Assembly: GCA_964016885.1 (NCBI GenBank)
Contig: OZ024742.1
Coordinates: 343,728,001 to 343,792,000 of the forward strand
Length of the DNA stretch: 64,000 nt
Direction of reading: 5' to 3'
Origin: Eledone cirrhosa
Lineage: Eukaryota
Part shown: piece by piece, positions 29,573-41,900 of the stretch
Layout of the letters: every line of letters starts with the position of its first letter
Position numbering within the stretch: the stretch's first letter is position 1
The notes under the pieces: model-generated
Seen by the model: only the letters and a program-made list of their open reading frames with translations
Database searches by the model: none
What the model was told of the DNA's origin: nothing
Program-made: the position numbers and the translations under genes

Positions 29573-32500
29573 TATGTTCTGTTGTCTACGAAAAACCATA
29601 ACATCTCGACAACTACACTTCATAAAAGAATGTGCCTCGTCCCGAGTTTACACCAACACCATCAACACCGACGTAAGAAGATTACAACTCACCAAAAAAC
29701 AAGCAGATAGGCTAAAACGAACACTAATTCTAAACATAAAAAAAGAAGATCTATAGAGAATTAAGTCATCAAGAAAAACATAAGCGTAACCTAAAGCAAG
29801 AAATAGCTAGGATCACCACACCAAGAGAGAAACTAATATTTATAAGCCTTATACGTCCTGAAGAACAGTACATTACTCAAGAATGTGATAAGCACTTTAA
29901 CAAGAAACTAAAGTGGCTTAAGCAGATAAAGCTAAATCAGGATACTGTAGAGAATACCAATAGATATCCCGAAAAAATTGACGGTATAAATATGGCCGAC
30001 ACCTCATTAACAGATGAGTTCAACAACAACAACACAAATATATACGGCAACACGGTAATAGATGACGATGAGTTATCTGTATTACGTCTACCACCGAAAT
30101 TTGCGACATTCAAGAAGGTAAATATGATTAGTTGTCTGTCAGAAATAGAAAAAATCATTTACAAAATTACGCTGGAGCCTCAAAAACAAAAACAAAAACA
30201 AAAGTAACAATATACGCACACACATATACAACACACATCCCAACAACAACAGACACACAGACACAAACAACAATAACAACAACACACACACCACCACCAC
30301 CAACAACAACAACAACAACAATAATAACATACCCAGAAACAACAACAGACACGCAGACACAAACAACAATAACAACACACACAACAATAATAACACACAC
30401 GGAGACAACAACAACACACATCAACAACAACAACACACACACATTCAATGCCTCTCACCACCACCACAATCTTAACAAACACACAGACACAGAAAACAAG
30501 TAATGACAGTAGCACAGAAATCACAGAAATAAGAGAAAGTAATAGGATTAAAAGGAGAAGGGAGACTAAGGACAAAGAAAATAACCAAGACGAACACACA
30601 GACACACAAAATAGGGTAGATAACAACAATGAGCCAGTGGAAAGAGACAGGAGTAATTATGAGAGACATAGAAACAACCATGAGGCTGTTGGTGGAAATA
30701 GAAATAGAAACAACACAACTAACAATAACAATAGCACTAGTACACATAAAGCAGCAGCCTGGAACTCTACTTTTTATAATCCCTCCGATAAATAGTTCGA
30801 CCTGCGACGAGTCCACGCCACCATTTTACCATTTAACAAACGCACGCAATTGCCGTCGCAGGTCGATGAACAAACAGAAGCACAATTTAGTATAGCTAGA
30901 TCCGAACTTAGAAATATTATAGAACAGTATAGCAAGAAGCATAATAGAATAGAGTCCCAGCAACTGGGAGAAAAATCTGCAAATGGCTTGCGTAAGCTCA
31001 TGCAGCGCTCACGTAATGGAGAGATAGCATGCTTTCCAACAGACAAGTCTGCCAGAATGTCGGTTGACAGCCTGCCAAACTACATCCAGGCAATGTAACC
31101 CCACATCACTAACACAAGAGAGGTAACACCACAGGAGCAGGAGTATATAGAAAAAGCCCTCAATGACCATATGGTGATGTGGACGAATATAATGCAGCCC
31201 AACAAAAGGACTGCCAACAACTTCCAGGCCTGGAACAATGACGTGTCGGCGTTGTATGGGCTTCGAAAAGACCATGAAACGGGCAGTGACCCTGTCGCGG
31301 GACCACCAACACGGCCAGTCTGTGGGGCTAACATTGCTAGTAACTACAGACTGTCCTACTTCCTCTCCCTGATCATACGCCCCATCATTGAAATGTCCCC
31401 AGATGTATGTGACAGCACGGAGGACCTCCTCAGCAGAATCGGCGGGAGTAACCGATCTAGGGACCTAACAAACTGCATAATAGGTAGTATGGATGTTGTG
31501 TCTCTGTATCCATCTATTGACGTGGATTTTTCTGTGGAGAAATGCGTAGAAATGATCAGTGAGAGCAATGTTGAGTTCCGTGGGATTGATACCAGTGAGC
31601 TGGGACTCCTACTTAAACTTACCTATAGTAATAATTACCTAGACACATATGACCTTAGCAACCTGTGCCCTACAAGACCAGCAAGAGGCAGACCACCTAC
31701 CATTACCTCAATGGCCAAGAAAACCCACACAGATAGATGGAACGGGTGGACCAGAGCCATACGGACACCCGAAAACCACGATGAACTGAAGAAAATGATT
31801 GCACATGCGGTAGGGGCCAGCATAAAACTAACCCTTAAGGAACATATGTTCAAATTTAATGGAAAAACATATGCCCAAGAGGAAGGAGCAGCCATTGGTG
31901 TTAGCATTGCAGGCGACATAGCTAACTTATTCATGGTATGGTGGGACAGTAGACTTAAACTTAAACTTAAAGAACAATTAGAAGACCCCTTAACCCTGAT
32001 AATGTACTCCCGCTACGTTGATGATATAAACATCGTAGTTAAGACACCCCCACTAGAGAACAGTCAGGAACTGGAGAAAAACACAATGGAAAGCATCCAG
32101 CAAATAGCAAACTCCATCCACCAGAGCATTAGAGTTACTATAGACTACCCAAGTAAACACCCCAACCATCGATTACCTGTACTAGACACAGAGCTCTGGT
32201 TAGATACCATTAATAACAAAAAACAAATCCTCCATTCCCATTATTCCAAACCCATGACTTCCAAACATCTGATCCACCGAAACTCGGCCGTTTCGGACCA
32301 TACCAAAATCAACATACTGATTGCGGATTTGGTACGAGTGATGAGAAACGTGTCCCGCATGTGAAACCCCGAAGAACTAGAGAGACACATACAACACTTC
32401 ATCCACCGTATGCAGTTCTCTGGCTACAATCAGAGAGATAAAATCAGAGTGTATAGAGGAGCCAGAACTAAATGGGAAAAAATGGTAAATAATGACATAA

Positions 32501-33144
32501 ATGGGACCTGCCCCTTGTATAGGAGCAAATTTTGGAATAGAATAGAAAGAACTAGGAACAAGGCTAATAGAATAAACTCATGGTATGATAGCAATAAATA
32601 CCAGAGTGTAATGTTCATCGATACAACCCCTAGAGGTGAATTAGCTTACAAATTTAGAAGGGCCCTAGATAAAGATAAACTCAATATTAAGATAGTAGAA
32701 AGACCAGGTACCTCCGTAAAAACACTTATTAGCAAGACATACCCTTTTCAAAGACCCTCATGTATTGATAAGAAATGTATAACCTGTAAAATAAGCCCCC
32801 ATATTAACTGTAAAACTAGAAATGTAGTGTATAGCATAAGATGTACTGAAGGACAATGTAGAGACAAAAATATAGTGTACATAGGTGAGACAGCTCGTAG
32901 TGTAGGGGAACGGATAAATGAACACTGGCGAGACCTTCAAGATAGTAAAGAATCATCTGTCCTCTACCAACATGCTAAAATAGAACACAAGGGTAAATTA
33001 GAGAGCATAGAAATAAAAATAGAATCTACACACAGAAAAGACGCAATGTTTAGACAAATCACAGAGGCAATAAACATAAAAGAATTACAACCAAAATTAA
33101 ATAGAAAATATGAGTGGAACAGCAACATCACAACTTACAATTAA
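29573..33144 (+). pseudogene. Penelope-like polyprotein (N-terminal region, reverse transcriptase, C-terminal GIY-YIG endonuclease), interrupted by stops and frameshifts
   Basis: Motifs LSVLRLPPKF, FPTDKS, LYGLRKDH, GPPTRPVCGA, SMDVVSLYPSI, YAQEEGAAIG, RYVDD, LPVLD, a Cys-rich linker (CIDKKCITC) and NVVYSIRC..VYIGETARSVGERINEH..EA..LN. In-frame stops at 30793-30795, 31096-31098 and 32362-32364. Confidence 0.95.
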
Positions 33145-33240
33145 GGACAAAATGAAAACACACACACACATAGAACAAACAACCAACCAGTAACATGTAA
33201 ATAAACAAATAAATAAATAAACATAAACACACACAGACAC

Positions 33241-33298
33241 CCGGATGTGGCGCATGCGCAGACTGAGCACACAACACAAACACAGAAACAAAATGGCG
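33241..33298 (+). promoter_or_regulatory. Putative Pol II promoter motif cluster in the pseudo-LTR (ETS, NRF1, YY1-like); mirrored at 27398-27455 (-)
   Basis: CCGGATGT (33241), GCGCATGCGC (33250-33259) and CAAAATGGCG (33289-33298) lie within 60 bp of otherwise A/C-rich sequence, just upstream of the hammerhead. Confidence 0.55.
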
Positions 33299-33345
33299 TA
33301 GGACAGAACAAAGGAGAGGCACAAAAACAAAGAAAGGAATCCCCA

Positions 33346-33388
33346 GTCACTGAAGAGGTCACAGAGTGTGTGACGAAAGAACTATGAC
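33346..33388 (+). ncRNA. Minimal type I hammerhead ribozyme of the Penelope-like pseudo-LTR
   Basis: Stem I GTCA/TGAC; core CTGAAGA plus one extra G; stem II GTCACA-gagtg-TGTGAC; GAAA; very short helix III AG-aa-CT; predicted cleavage after CUA (33384). Confidence 0.85.
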
Positions 33389-33560
33389 AATATATAAACA
33401 ACTATCTGGTTGTGGAACCAACCAACCAACCAGAAATTTATAAATTTATAAATTTATTATAAATGTATTATAATAAATTGAAGTGAAAGCAACTGGTGCG
33501 TGTGTTTCTTATTGGCAACATGACCCTCCCAAAGTATAACAATGTATAGATATAGATATA

Positions 33561-34169
<609 letters not shown>

Positions 34170-34472
34170 ATCCTTAGCAATTTTCTTTGTTCTTTTGTAA
34201 AGTATGTTAGTTTTAATTTTCGGATCCACAGCAGTTCCTGATTATTACTGGAATTCTATAAGAATCCAGCTTCTATAATTTTAAGAGGAAGCAGGGGGGT
34301 GGGGGGCTCTGATGAATGCCAACCAGCATGAAACAGACTGTCAGCTTCTCTCCCTTCTTTCGCCAAAAAGAAGTGACATAGTCACTACTTTAAAACTGAT
34401 AGCGTATGGTCTTCTAAATGTTTTTAATTAAACATACGGTATATTGCCAAATATACTATACATACATTCACT

Positions 34473-34504
<32 letters not shown>

Positions 34505-34804
34505 AATGTGTGTGTGTGTATTGAACAAAGAAAATAAAACAAAAGAGGAAGATAGGTTCTTAATTACGATTGTTTTACGAACATTTCAGAGGGTTGATTG
34601 ATCATAGTAAATCGATATATTGTCTAATACGTATTGATTATGTCACCACCTATTTCTAGTCTTGATATGCTAGATATATAACTAGATTTACAAAAACTAT
34701 AGCTCTCACCACATGATGTCGTTGAAAATTATCTCTTCAAAGATAACAACGTCTTTGGCCCTACCATAAACAGGCCCAGATTTAACCTTACCTCCAAAAT
34801 ACAA

Positions 34805-35543
34805 CATTGAGCTGATCAATAGTGGGTAAAATTCCCGAGATCCTTCGACGAGTTCTCTCCATCGGTCTCTGTCCCTCATTAACGCTGCCATGTCCTGCGT
34901 CTCCAAGAGACCAGTGTCTGTCCTTAGGGCATCAACATATGTGAAGCTCGGTCTTCCTCTTCCAGTGTGTCCATGCAGGGGATCCTACAGGAGCAGAGTG
35001 CAGTGTCAACTCTGGATGTCGGTGAGCATGTCCAGCTAACCTCAGTCTCCTCTGTGTCACTTTTGAGCTGACTTTTGGGAGGCTCCCGTACAGCTCTGAG
35101 TTCTTCATCGTCAGTGTATACTGATTAATGTTCCGAGCCATCCTCAGCATTCTCGTGTAGCACCCATCCACCATCTGAATGAGTTTTTTGGTCAGTATCC
35201 AAGTCTCAGACCCGTACAGCAGCATAGACTCCACTACAGCAACGAAGAGGCGAATCTTCAGGCCTTTACGAAGCTCCGAATTCCACACCGATCTCAAGCT
35301 GTGGCACGCCGCCCAGGTTTTTCTCTTCCTCTCAACCACATCATCTTCCGTATTCCCAATCTTTGTTCCCAAATACAGGAAGTCCTCAACCAATTCTAGC
35401 GGCTTCCCGCCTACATTAGTAATCTTCTGTGGCTTCTTAATATTCTCTACCAGATATTTTGTCTTAATCTCAATCATTCTCAGTCCCACACACATTGACA
35501 CAGTCTCCACCTCCTGCATCAAATCCTCTGCCCTCTTCACTGT
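34805..35543 (-). mobile_element. 3' segment of an RTE-type LINE (C-terminal part of RT)
   Basis: EDFLYLG, LLYGSETW, RRLRLAGH and RDRDRWR motifs; begins at VKRAEDL, where the + strand segment stops. Confidence 0.9.
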
Positions 35544-38119
35544 CCTGGGTATGACATTAAACTACATCCAGTGGCAAGGCTCCAGTTCGGGAGTTCAGGA
35601 GCTGTGGGGAATGTGGAGTTACCCCTTAGTTGTCATAACTCCCAGGTCTGCTGGCCTGGAGTAGTAGTACCTGTTAGGGCCCCAGTTATAGGTTAAATAA
35701 TTACCTTATTCAAGTGGCGCCGGTAAGGTATTTTCAGCCATTGAAAAGAACATGGAGATTGTATTTAACAGCACTAATTATACAGCCCCTAATTACACTG
35801 TCAAGGAGCAGTCTGGTCGTTATGACTCTACTGGCTTAGAGCCACAAGGGAGGGCCAGTGGATGATGGATCAGCTATCTCTGAGACAAATATAAAGAATA
35901 CAGTTTTGTCCTGCAGAAAAGCCATCAAAATGGGCACTTTGAATGTGAGGACTATTCGGACGCTGGAGAAGAGGGAGGAGTTTGGTCATCTATTCGAGGA
36001 GAGTGGTATGCAGATACTTGCGCTCCAAGAACACAGGGTCCTACACAATGAGCCCGTGAGGAGTGTGATGATTGGGAAGATGAGCCAGCTCATCACCACA
36101 TCGGCAGTGAGGAACATGACCAATGCTGCAGTGGGAGGAGTGGGTTTTGTTTTCAGAGCAAAAACCAATCTATTGGTGAAGGAAATAATGCCTGTCTCCC
36201 CGCGAGTGTTGAGGGTGACCTTCAATGGAAACCCAAGACTGACAGTTATCTCAGCCTATAGTCCAGCCGAGGGAGACAGTGATGTGAGTGCGGAAGTGTT
36301 CCATGAGGAGGTGTGTAGAGCTGTCAACACCACACAAGCACACAACATCCTGGTTGTTCTAGGGGACTTCAATGCACATCTGAGTAAGGAGGGCAGTGAA
36401 GATCCTTGCTGGTACTTCTATAACAACACCAACCGAAATGGAAGACTTCTGAGAGAGACCCTGCTGGAGGCGAACTTGATAGCAACCAACCTAAGGTTTA
36501 GGAAGAATCTGGAGAAGATGTGGATCTACATCTCAGATATGCACCTGTCCAAGTCCCAGATTATTTCATTCTGGTGAGGAAAAAGTGGCGGAATAGTGTT
36601 CTGAATACAGAACCATACAACTATTTCAGTACACTGGGCAGTGACCACCGGCTTGTTATGAGTGAGGTCCGGGTGAGATTAAGAAAAAGCAAGGCTCAGC
36701 CCCGGAGAGCAATCTATGATTGGGGAGTTTTCAAGGAAGATGATAAGCCACATGAGAGGTTCACAGTAGAAGTGAGGAACAGGTTCAATGCTCTGTGTGG
36801 AGAGACAGAAGAGAGAGAGATTGGATAGACTGAGGAGAGTGTGACGAGGAGATACGGGTACTTCACCAATGCAGTGGCGGAAGCAAGTGAGACTCTGGTG
36901 CCGAGGAGAAAGAACAAAAGGAAGCACGTCAGCTCTGCAGACCCAAAAGTGTGTGCAGCCAGAGAACACCTGAAAGCTGCCAAAGACCAATTCTATGCTG
37001 ATCCTATGGAGGAGAGGATGGAGACTGTGGAAGTGATGAGGGAAGAACTCTGTACCGCTTACACTGAGGCCAGAGAGGAAGCACTGATAGAGAAGATCAG
37101 AAGTGTGGAGAGAGCGGTTGGCAGGTCTGGATGTAAGGAGAGCTGGATGGTCATCGACGAGATCACAGAGAAGAAGAGAAGGTGTTCGAGTCAGATCCAG
37201 GGAACAGGGCCCGAGGATAGGAAGGAGAAATGGCTAGACCATTTTAGGACCCTACTAGGAGAGCCGCCCTCCACAGCCCAGGAAACTGGGGAGAGATCAG
37301 GTGGCTGTTTGAGGAACTGGATATTGAGACAGGGCCCTTCACTAGAGAGGAGCTTCAGAGAGCCAAGAAGAAGATCAAGGAGGGCAAGGCTCGTGGAGAA
37401 GATGGAGTGACATCAGAGGTGATGAAGAGGTGTGATTTTGATGATATCATCCTGGGGTTCTGTAACCAGGTACTGGAGAAAGGAGTTGCCTCGAATCAGT
37501 GGAGGATCAGTAACATAAGAAGGGAGATCTCTCCAACACCAACAACTACAGGGGGATCTCACTGACGTCACTTTTGGCAAAGACCCTCAACAGGATGATT
37601 CTTAACAGGATCCAGTCCGAGATGGAGAAGAAGCTCAGGGACAACCAGAACGGCTTCAGAGAGGGAAGATCAACCACCAGTCAAATCCTGATGCTGAGGA
37701 GGATATTAGAGGGAGCTAGAGCAAAGTGCCTTCCCGCGGTCATGGTTTTCATAGACTTTCGGAAGGCCTTTGATTCTGTGGTCCGTCACTGCCTGATGAC
37801 GATCTTACAGGCTTATGGAATTCCCAAGAAAATAGTGGACCTGATATCACTGCTCTACACCAACACCAAAGCCCAAGTCATTACATCTGATGGGATGACA
37901 GAGTTCTTTGAGATACTGGCTGGAGTGCTCCAGGGAGATACATTGGCTCCCTACCTTTTTATAATCGTAGTGGACTATTGTATGCGCCTTGTTCTGGAGA
38001 AACACCAGGACTCTGTCTTTACTGTAACACCGGCTCAGAGCACGAGAATTAAGGCGAAAAATATATCGGATGCTGAATTTGCCGACATAGTTTTGGTGAC
38101 AAACACAGTGAAGGGGGCA
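35544..38119 (+). mobile_element. Inverted 5' segment of the same RTE-type LINE (5' UTR, APE endonuclease, RT up to the FAD(D) motif), frameshifted
   Basis: GTLNVRT, ALQEHR, LGDFNAH, N.NG..L and GSDHR (APE); NYRGISL, QNGFR.GRST, FIDFRKAFDSV, GVLQGDTLAPYLF and EFADI (RT). Confidence 0.93.
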
Positions 38120-38480
38120 TATATATATATATTAATTATATTAATTATACACTATTAAAATTCGTTAGGAGTATACATAACATCTCAATTAAAAGAGATC
38201 GTTAAGATATCTTATTAAGAGAATAAGCCTATATATAGAATATATTTCACTTGTCATTAACTATTGGATTCTTAGGGAAACTGTACAGACTTAGAGTTAT
38301 AGGGTAGTGAAGTATTTTGGTGGTTGGTTGTTCTTGTATTTATTAAAACTGTAAAGGAAGCAAGAGAATTGGAATGAAATGAATATATAAATAGAGTATC
38401 TTATACATATCAGTGACGGGTCGATAAAATATCGTTCCCTCGGGATATCTAAAACATCAATCAACTTAAACATAAGGAGC

Positions 38481-38529
<49 letters not shown>

Positions 38530-39081
38530 GTGAGGTTTTTTTTTTCATATATGAATGTTTGAATTTCTTTTTACTTGAAAAAAGGGGCTCACGAAGGCTT
38601 TTTTTTAAATAAGCGTAATTTGATTGGTTATAAATGAAATTATGGCTGTCACGTGAACAAGTTTTCATTAAATTTTCGCGCCCTAATATTATATTAGAAT
38701 TCTAACAACAAAATAATTAGTAAATATACGTAACATTAATATAAACTTAAGACTTATTTACGTTACATGAGTTCATCCTCTGATAAATCTTTTCTTCTCC
38801 CTATCTCTCTATCTATCTCATAACAGTAATTTTTTTCTCTCTCTCTTTCTTCTCTTTCTTTCCCCAGCGTAATTTAAATAAGCGGTTGTTTTTTCAATTT
38901 TTCATACATTCATTTGCATATTCACACATAACTTTGAATTACCCCTAATAAGTTTCCACTATCCAGCGAATTTCGGACGCGCACCAAGATTGGCTTGGTC
39001 GCCCTTGAAATATATATAATAAAATAATTAGGGTTTTATAAATATAGTTTCCATTTATTAATATCTCAAAAGTAGAGTTGA

Positions 39082-39128
<47 letters not shown>

Positions 39129-39309
39129 CAATGGGCCCCAACTACTTGCGTGGTCCCCCCGGGTTAAGCTAGTCAGCCTTATAAATGTTTACAAACCTGC
39201 ATACGACTCTTTAAGGAAAGTCAAATTGAACTTCGTGTAATTTGAAGTGATAACCTAAATTGTAGTAACTAAGTTATTCAGTTTGTTTTAGCGAGCACGA
39301 CTAAGGCTA

Positions 39310-39625
39310 TGATGAAGCACCTCATTTAAGTGTGTTGGGCCTCCGTCTGTTTCGACGATGAGTGTTCCAGTTGTTTGAATAACGGAACAGCCTGCTCACG
39401 AAATTAACCTGCAAGTGACTGAGCATTTAACAGATACATCTACCCTTAAAGTCCCAGCATGACTTGTGTATGTTTGTCCCTTTGGATACAGCTACAACTC
39501 ATTTTTGCCAGCTGAATGGACTGGAGAGGCTTAAAAAAATAATTGTCTTCCTCAAGGCGGCAACACAGCACCGGGAATCTAACACAAGATTGTGAGCCGA
39601 ATATACTAACACCCAAGTCGTGCCT
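39310..39625 (-). mobile_element. Degenerate tRNA-derived SINE
   Basis: The reverse strand shows a head ..GTGTTAGATTCCCGGTGCTGTGTTGCCGCCTTGAGGAAGACA and a tail similar to the copies near 55000 and 58450-58740. Confidence 0.55.
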
Positions 39626-39679
39626 CCACATCACATTGGAGTAACAAAATATTTGGCTTTATGCATTACTATGTCCACT

Positions 39680-40486
39680 ATCGAGATTGGCGGGTGTAGG
39701 ATCAGTCGGCAGGAATTTGCAGATGACATGATAATACATAACTCGACAGAAGGCAATTTCCGACATGCATCGGACTGGTTTGCTGTCGAGTGCTGCACGA
39801 CAGGAATGAAAATCAGTGTTGCGAAGAGTGAAGCACTCGTCTCTCAAGGAAGCCTGCGCAGTGGACTCTGCATGTGAGTGGAGTTCCACTGAAGCTCTGA
39901 GACACTTCAGAGTCGTTTTCACGAGTGATGGAAGTTAGGAGGCTGAATTAAATGCAAGAATTGCACAGACATCAGATGAAGGAAGGTAGGTGTAAAAGCG
40001 AAACTCACTATCTTCAATTCGGTGTTCGTTCCAACCCTTATCTATGGCCATGAATATTGGGTAATAACCGAAAGAATACGATCGCGAATACAAGCGGCCG
40101 AAATGGGCTCCCTAGAAGGGTCTTTAAAGTAACGTTACTCGATAAAGTGTGTAACTGGGAGATGAATGTCACTCCAGGTAGAACCTCTACTTCTCCGAAT
40201 TGAGAGATCACAGCTCCGATACTATGGGTATGTAGTTAGAATGTCTCAGGAAAGAATCGCCAGACAGATTTTACGGGCAAAACTAACCGGTAGGAGACCC
40301 AGGGGTAGACCCCGAGTAAGATGGTTGAATAACATCCTTGAGCTTGGCTGGTCACGCTTGGGGACCAATTGGAGATGGTTGCATCTGATAGGACCAGCTG
40401 GTAGAAGTGTCTGAAAAACTCCTGAGAAGAAGAAGAAGAAGAAGAAGAAGAAGAAGAAGAAGAAGCAGCAGCAGCAGCAGCAGCAG
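39680..40486 (+). mobile_element. 5'-truncated RTE (Expander/Rex3-like) LINE fragment with a (GAA)n(GCA)n tail
   Basis: EFADD, VPTLIYGHEYW..TERIRSRIQAAEM and EPLLLRIERSQLRYYG..GRRPRGRPRVRW motifs; trinucleotide tail at 40425-40486. Confidence 0.85.
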
Positions 40487-40733
40487 CGTCACCATATCTC
40501 CCTTCTCAATGAAAAACAATAACAACAACATCAAAAATAAACAAAGCAAACAAATAATACACCTAATAATACTTCCTAGCTCAGACATAATGAAATTAAT
40601 TAGTTGTGCGGAGACATAATTAATTAACCTCAGTATATAACTGGTATAGTTGGTATATCTCTGCCCCGAAAAAAATTGTTATCAATAAATACAAGGAAAA
40701 CAATTGTACGATTTACAAATATATGAAACTCAC

Positions 40734-40875
40734 CGATGAAAACAATAGCTAAAGCATTGCCTGCTATAGCTAAAGCACTTATACTGACGACAATATATTG
40801 GGTTATATTAAAACGTCCGACCTGATTGAGAGACCGTATAATTTTATCCACATTTATCGTAGAATCAGAAGACAT
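40734..40875 (-). CDS. First coding exon of an SLC22 / organic cation transporter-like MFS protein
   Basis: MSSDSTINVDKIIRSLNQVGRFNITQYIVVSISALAIAGNALAIVFI|G matches the SLC22 N-terminal pattern (D.I+..L...GRF then TM1). It ends at a strong phase-1 donor ATCG|GTGAGT. Confidence 0.75.
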
Positions 40876-41612
40876 TTTGTCTATATTTGCTCTCTTTGCT
40901 CACCGTTAAGAAAAGACTTTCAAGTTAGAATGGGTGTCTCATTTTATCACTTTAGTTAATCATATGTGAGTGCACGAAACTTCGATATTGTTTTCAGTGT
41001 TGTAAAATGAAAGCCATTTAATCTGCATATACGATATTATCTTACATGAGTTGTAGTGCTATAGCTGGGTTTACACACAATAACACGTTTATTGGTAAAC
41101 TATTGCTTCTCTCTTTGATATGACGTTGGTGTACGTGATGTAGAAGGTAGAGAGACTGAAAATATGGGTTGGCTGCATTGGCAAATGACTTGTATTAATT
41201 TAGTTGTGTTAAACAAAGGTTATTTCTACATTTTAAACACTCATCTGCAATCATCGAGGACGGACGATAGACTACCGAACAGAATAAAATTCCTCGTGAC
41301 GAAGTTAACAGCGATCGATAAATGAGTGGTTTAATGATTTGTCTAGAGCAGAGAACCAGCGGAGTTGTTAAATCACCGGACGAGATATCTTGCAGTATTT
41401 GTTCCAGATTCATGAATTTTGGCTTAAAATCTCATCATGGTTTACTTCACTAGTTGTCCTAATCCGGAGGCCTTATCTTTTTCTTCTGACTAAAATGATT
41501 TTAAAAATCGCTTGAGTGGCGGCCAAACAGGCTTGACATATTTTGTTAAGTTCCTATGCCTTCCGAGTATATTTCGAGAGAGTGCAAGAATTGCTTCAGC
41601 ATTCGGTAATCA

Positions 41613-41900
41613 GAAAAAGGTGTAAAAGCCAAACTCGCTATCTTCAATTTGGTATTCGTGCCAACCCTTACAAATTGTCATGACCGAAAGAATACGATCG
41701 CTAATACAAGCTGTGGAAATAGGGTGTCTCCAGAGGGTCTTCGATGTAACGTTATTCGATAGAGTGTGTAGCTCGGAGATCAGAGAGTCACTTCAGGTAG
41801 AGCCATTACTTCTTCAAATTGAGAGATCACAGTTCCGATATTATGGTTAGAATGTCTTAGGAAAGTTTCGCTGGACAGATTTTATAGGCATAACCAACTG
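41613..41900 (+). mobile_element. Second fragment of the Expander/Rex3-like RTE
   Basis: Nucleotide match to 39985-40290 (AGGTGTAAAAGC.AAACTC.CTATCTTCAATT...TTGAGAGATCACAG). Confidence 0.85.

Larger units (their letters stand above)
27153..33543. mobile_element. Penelope-like element with an inverted partial copy: left arm 27153-29572 (-), main copy 29573-33543 (+)
   Basis: 27153-29572 is the near-identical reverse complement of 30852-33543. RT and GIY-YIG coding sequence and a hammerhead are present in both arms. Confidence 0.95.

Noticed and set aside
31070-31375. Intron spliced out of the inverted copy
   Set aside because: No GT/GC-AG ends in any register of the CA microhomology, and the segment encodes conserved RT-proximal motifs.
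27295-33401. Short antisense and low-complexity ORFs overlapping the Penelope-like element
   Set aside because: Shadow frames of the A/C-rich coding strand and UTR.
40352-40619. Poly-Arg/Ser and poly-Leu ORFs
   Set aside because: They are the (GAA)n(GCA)n tail of the RTE fragment.
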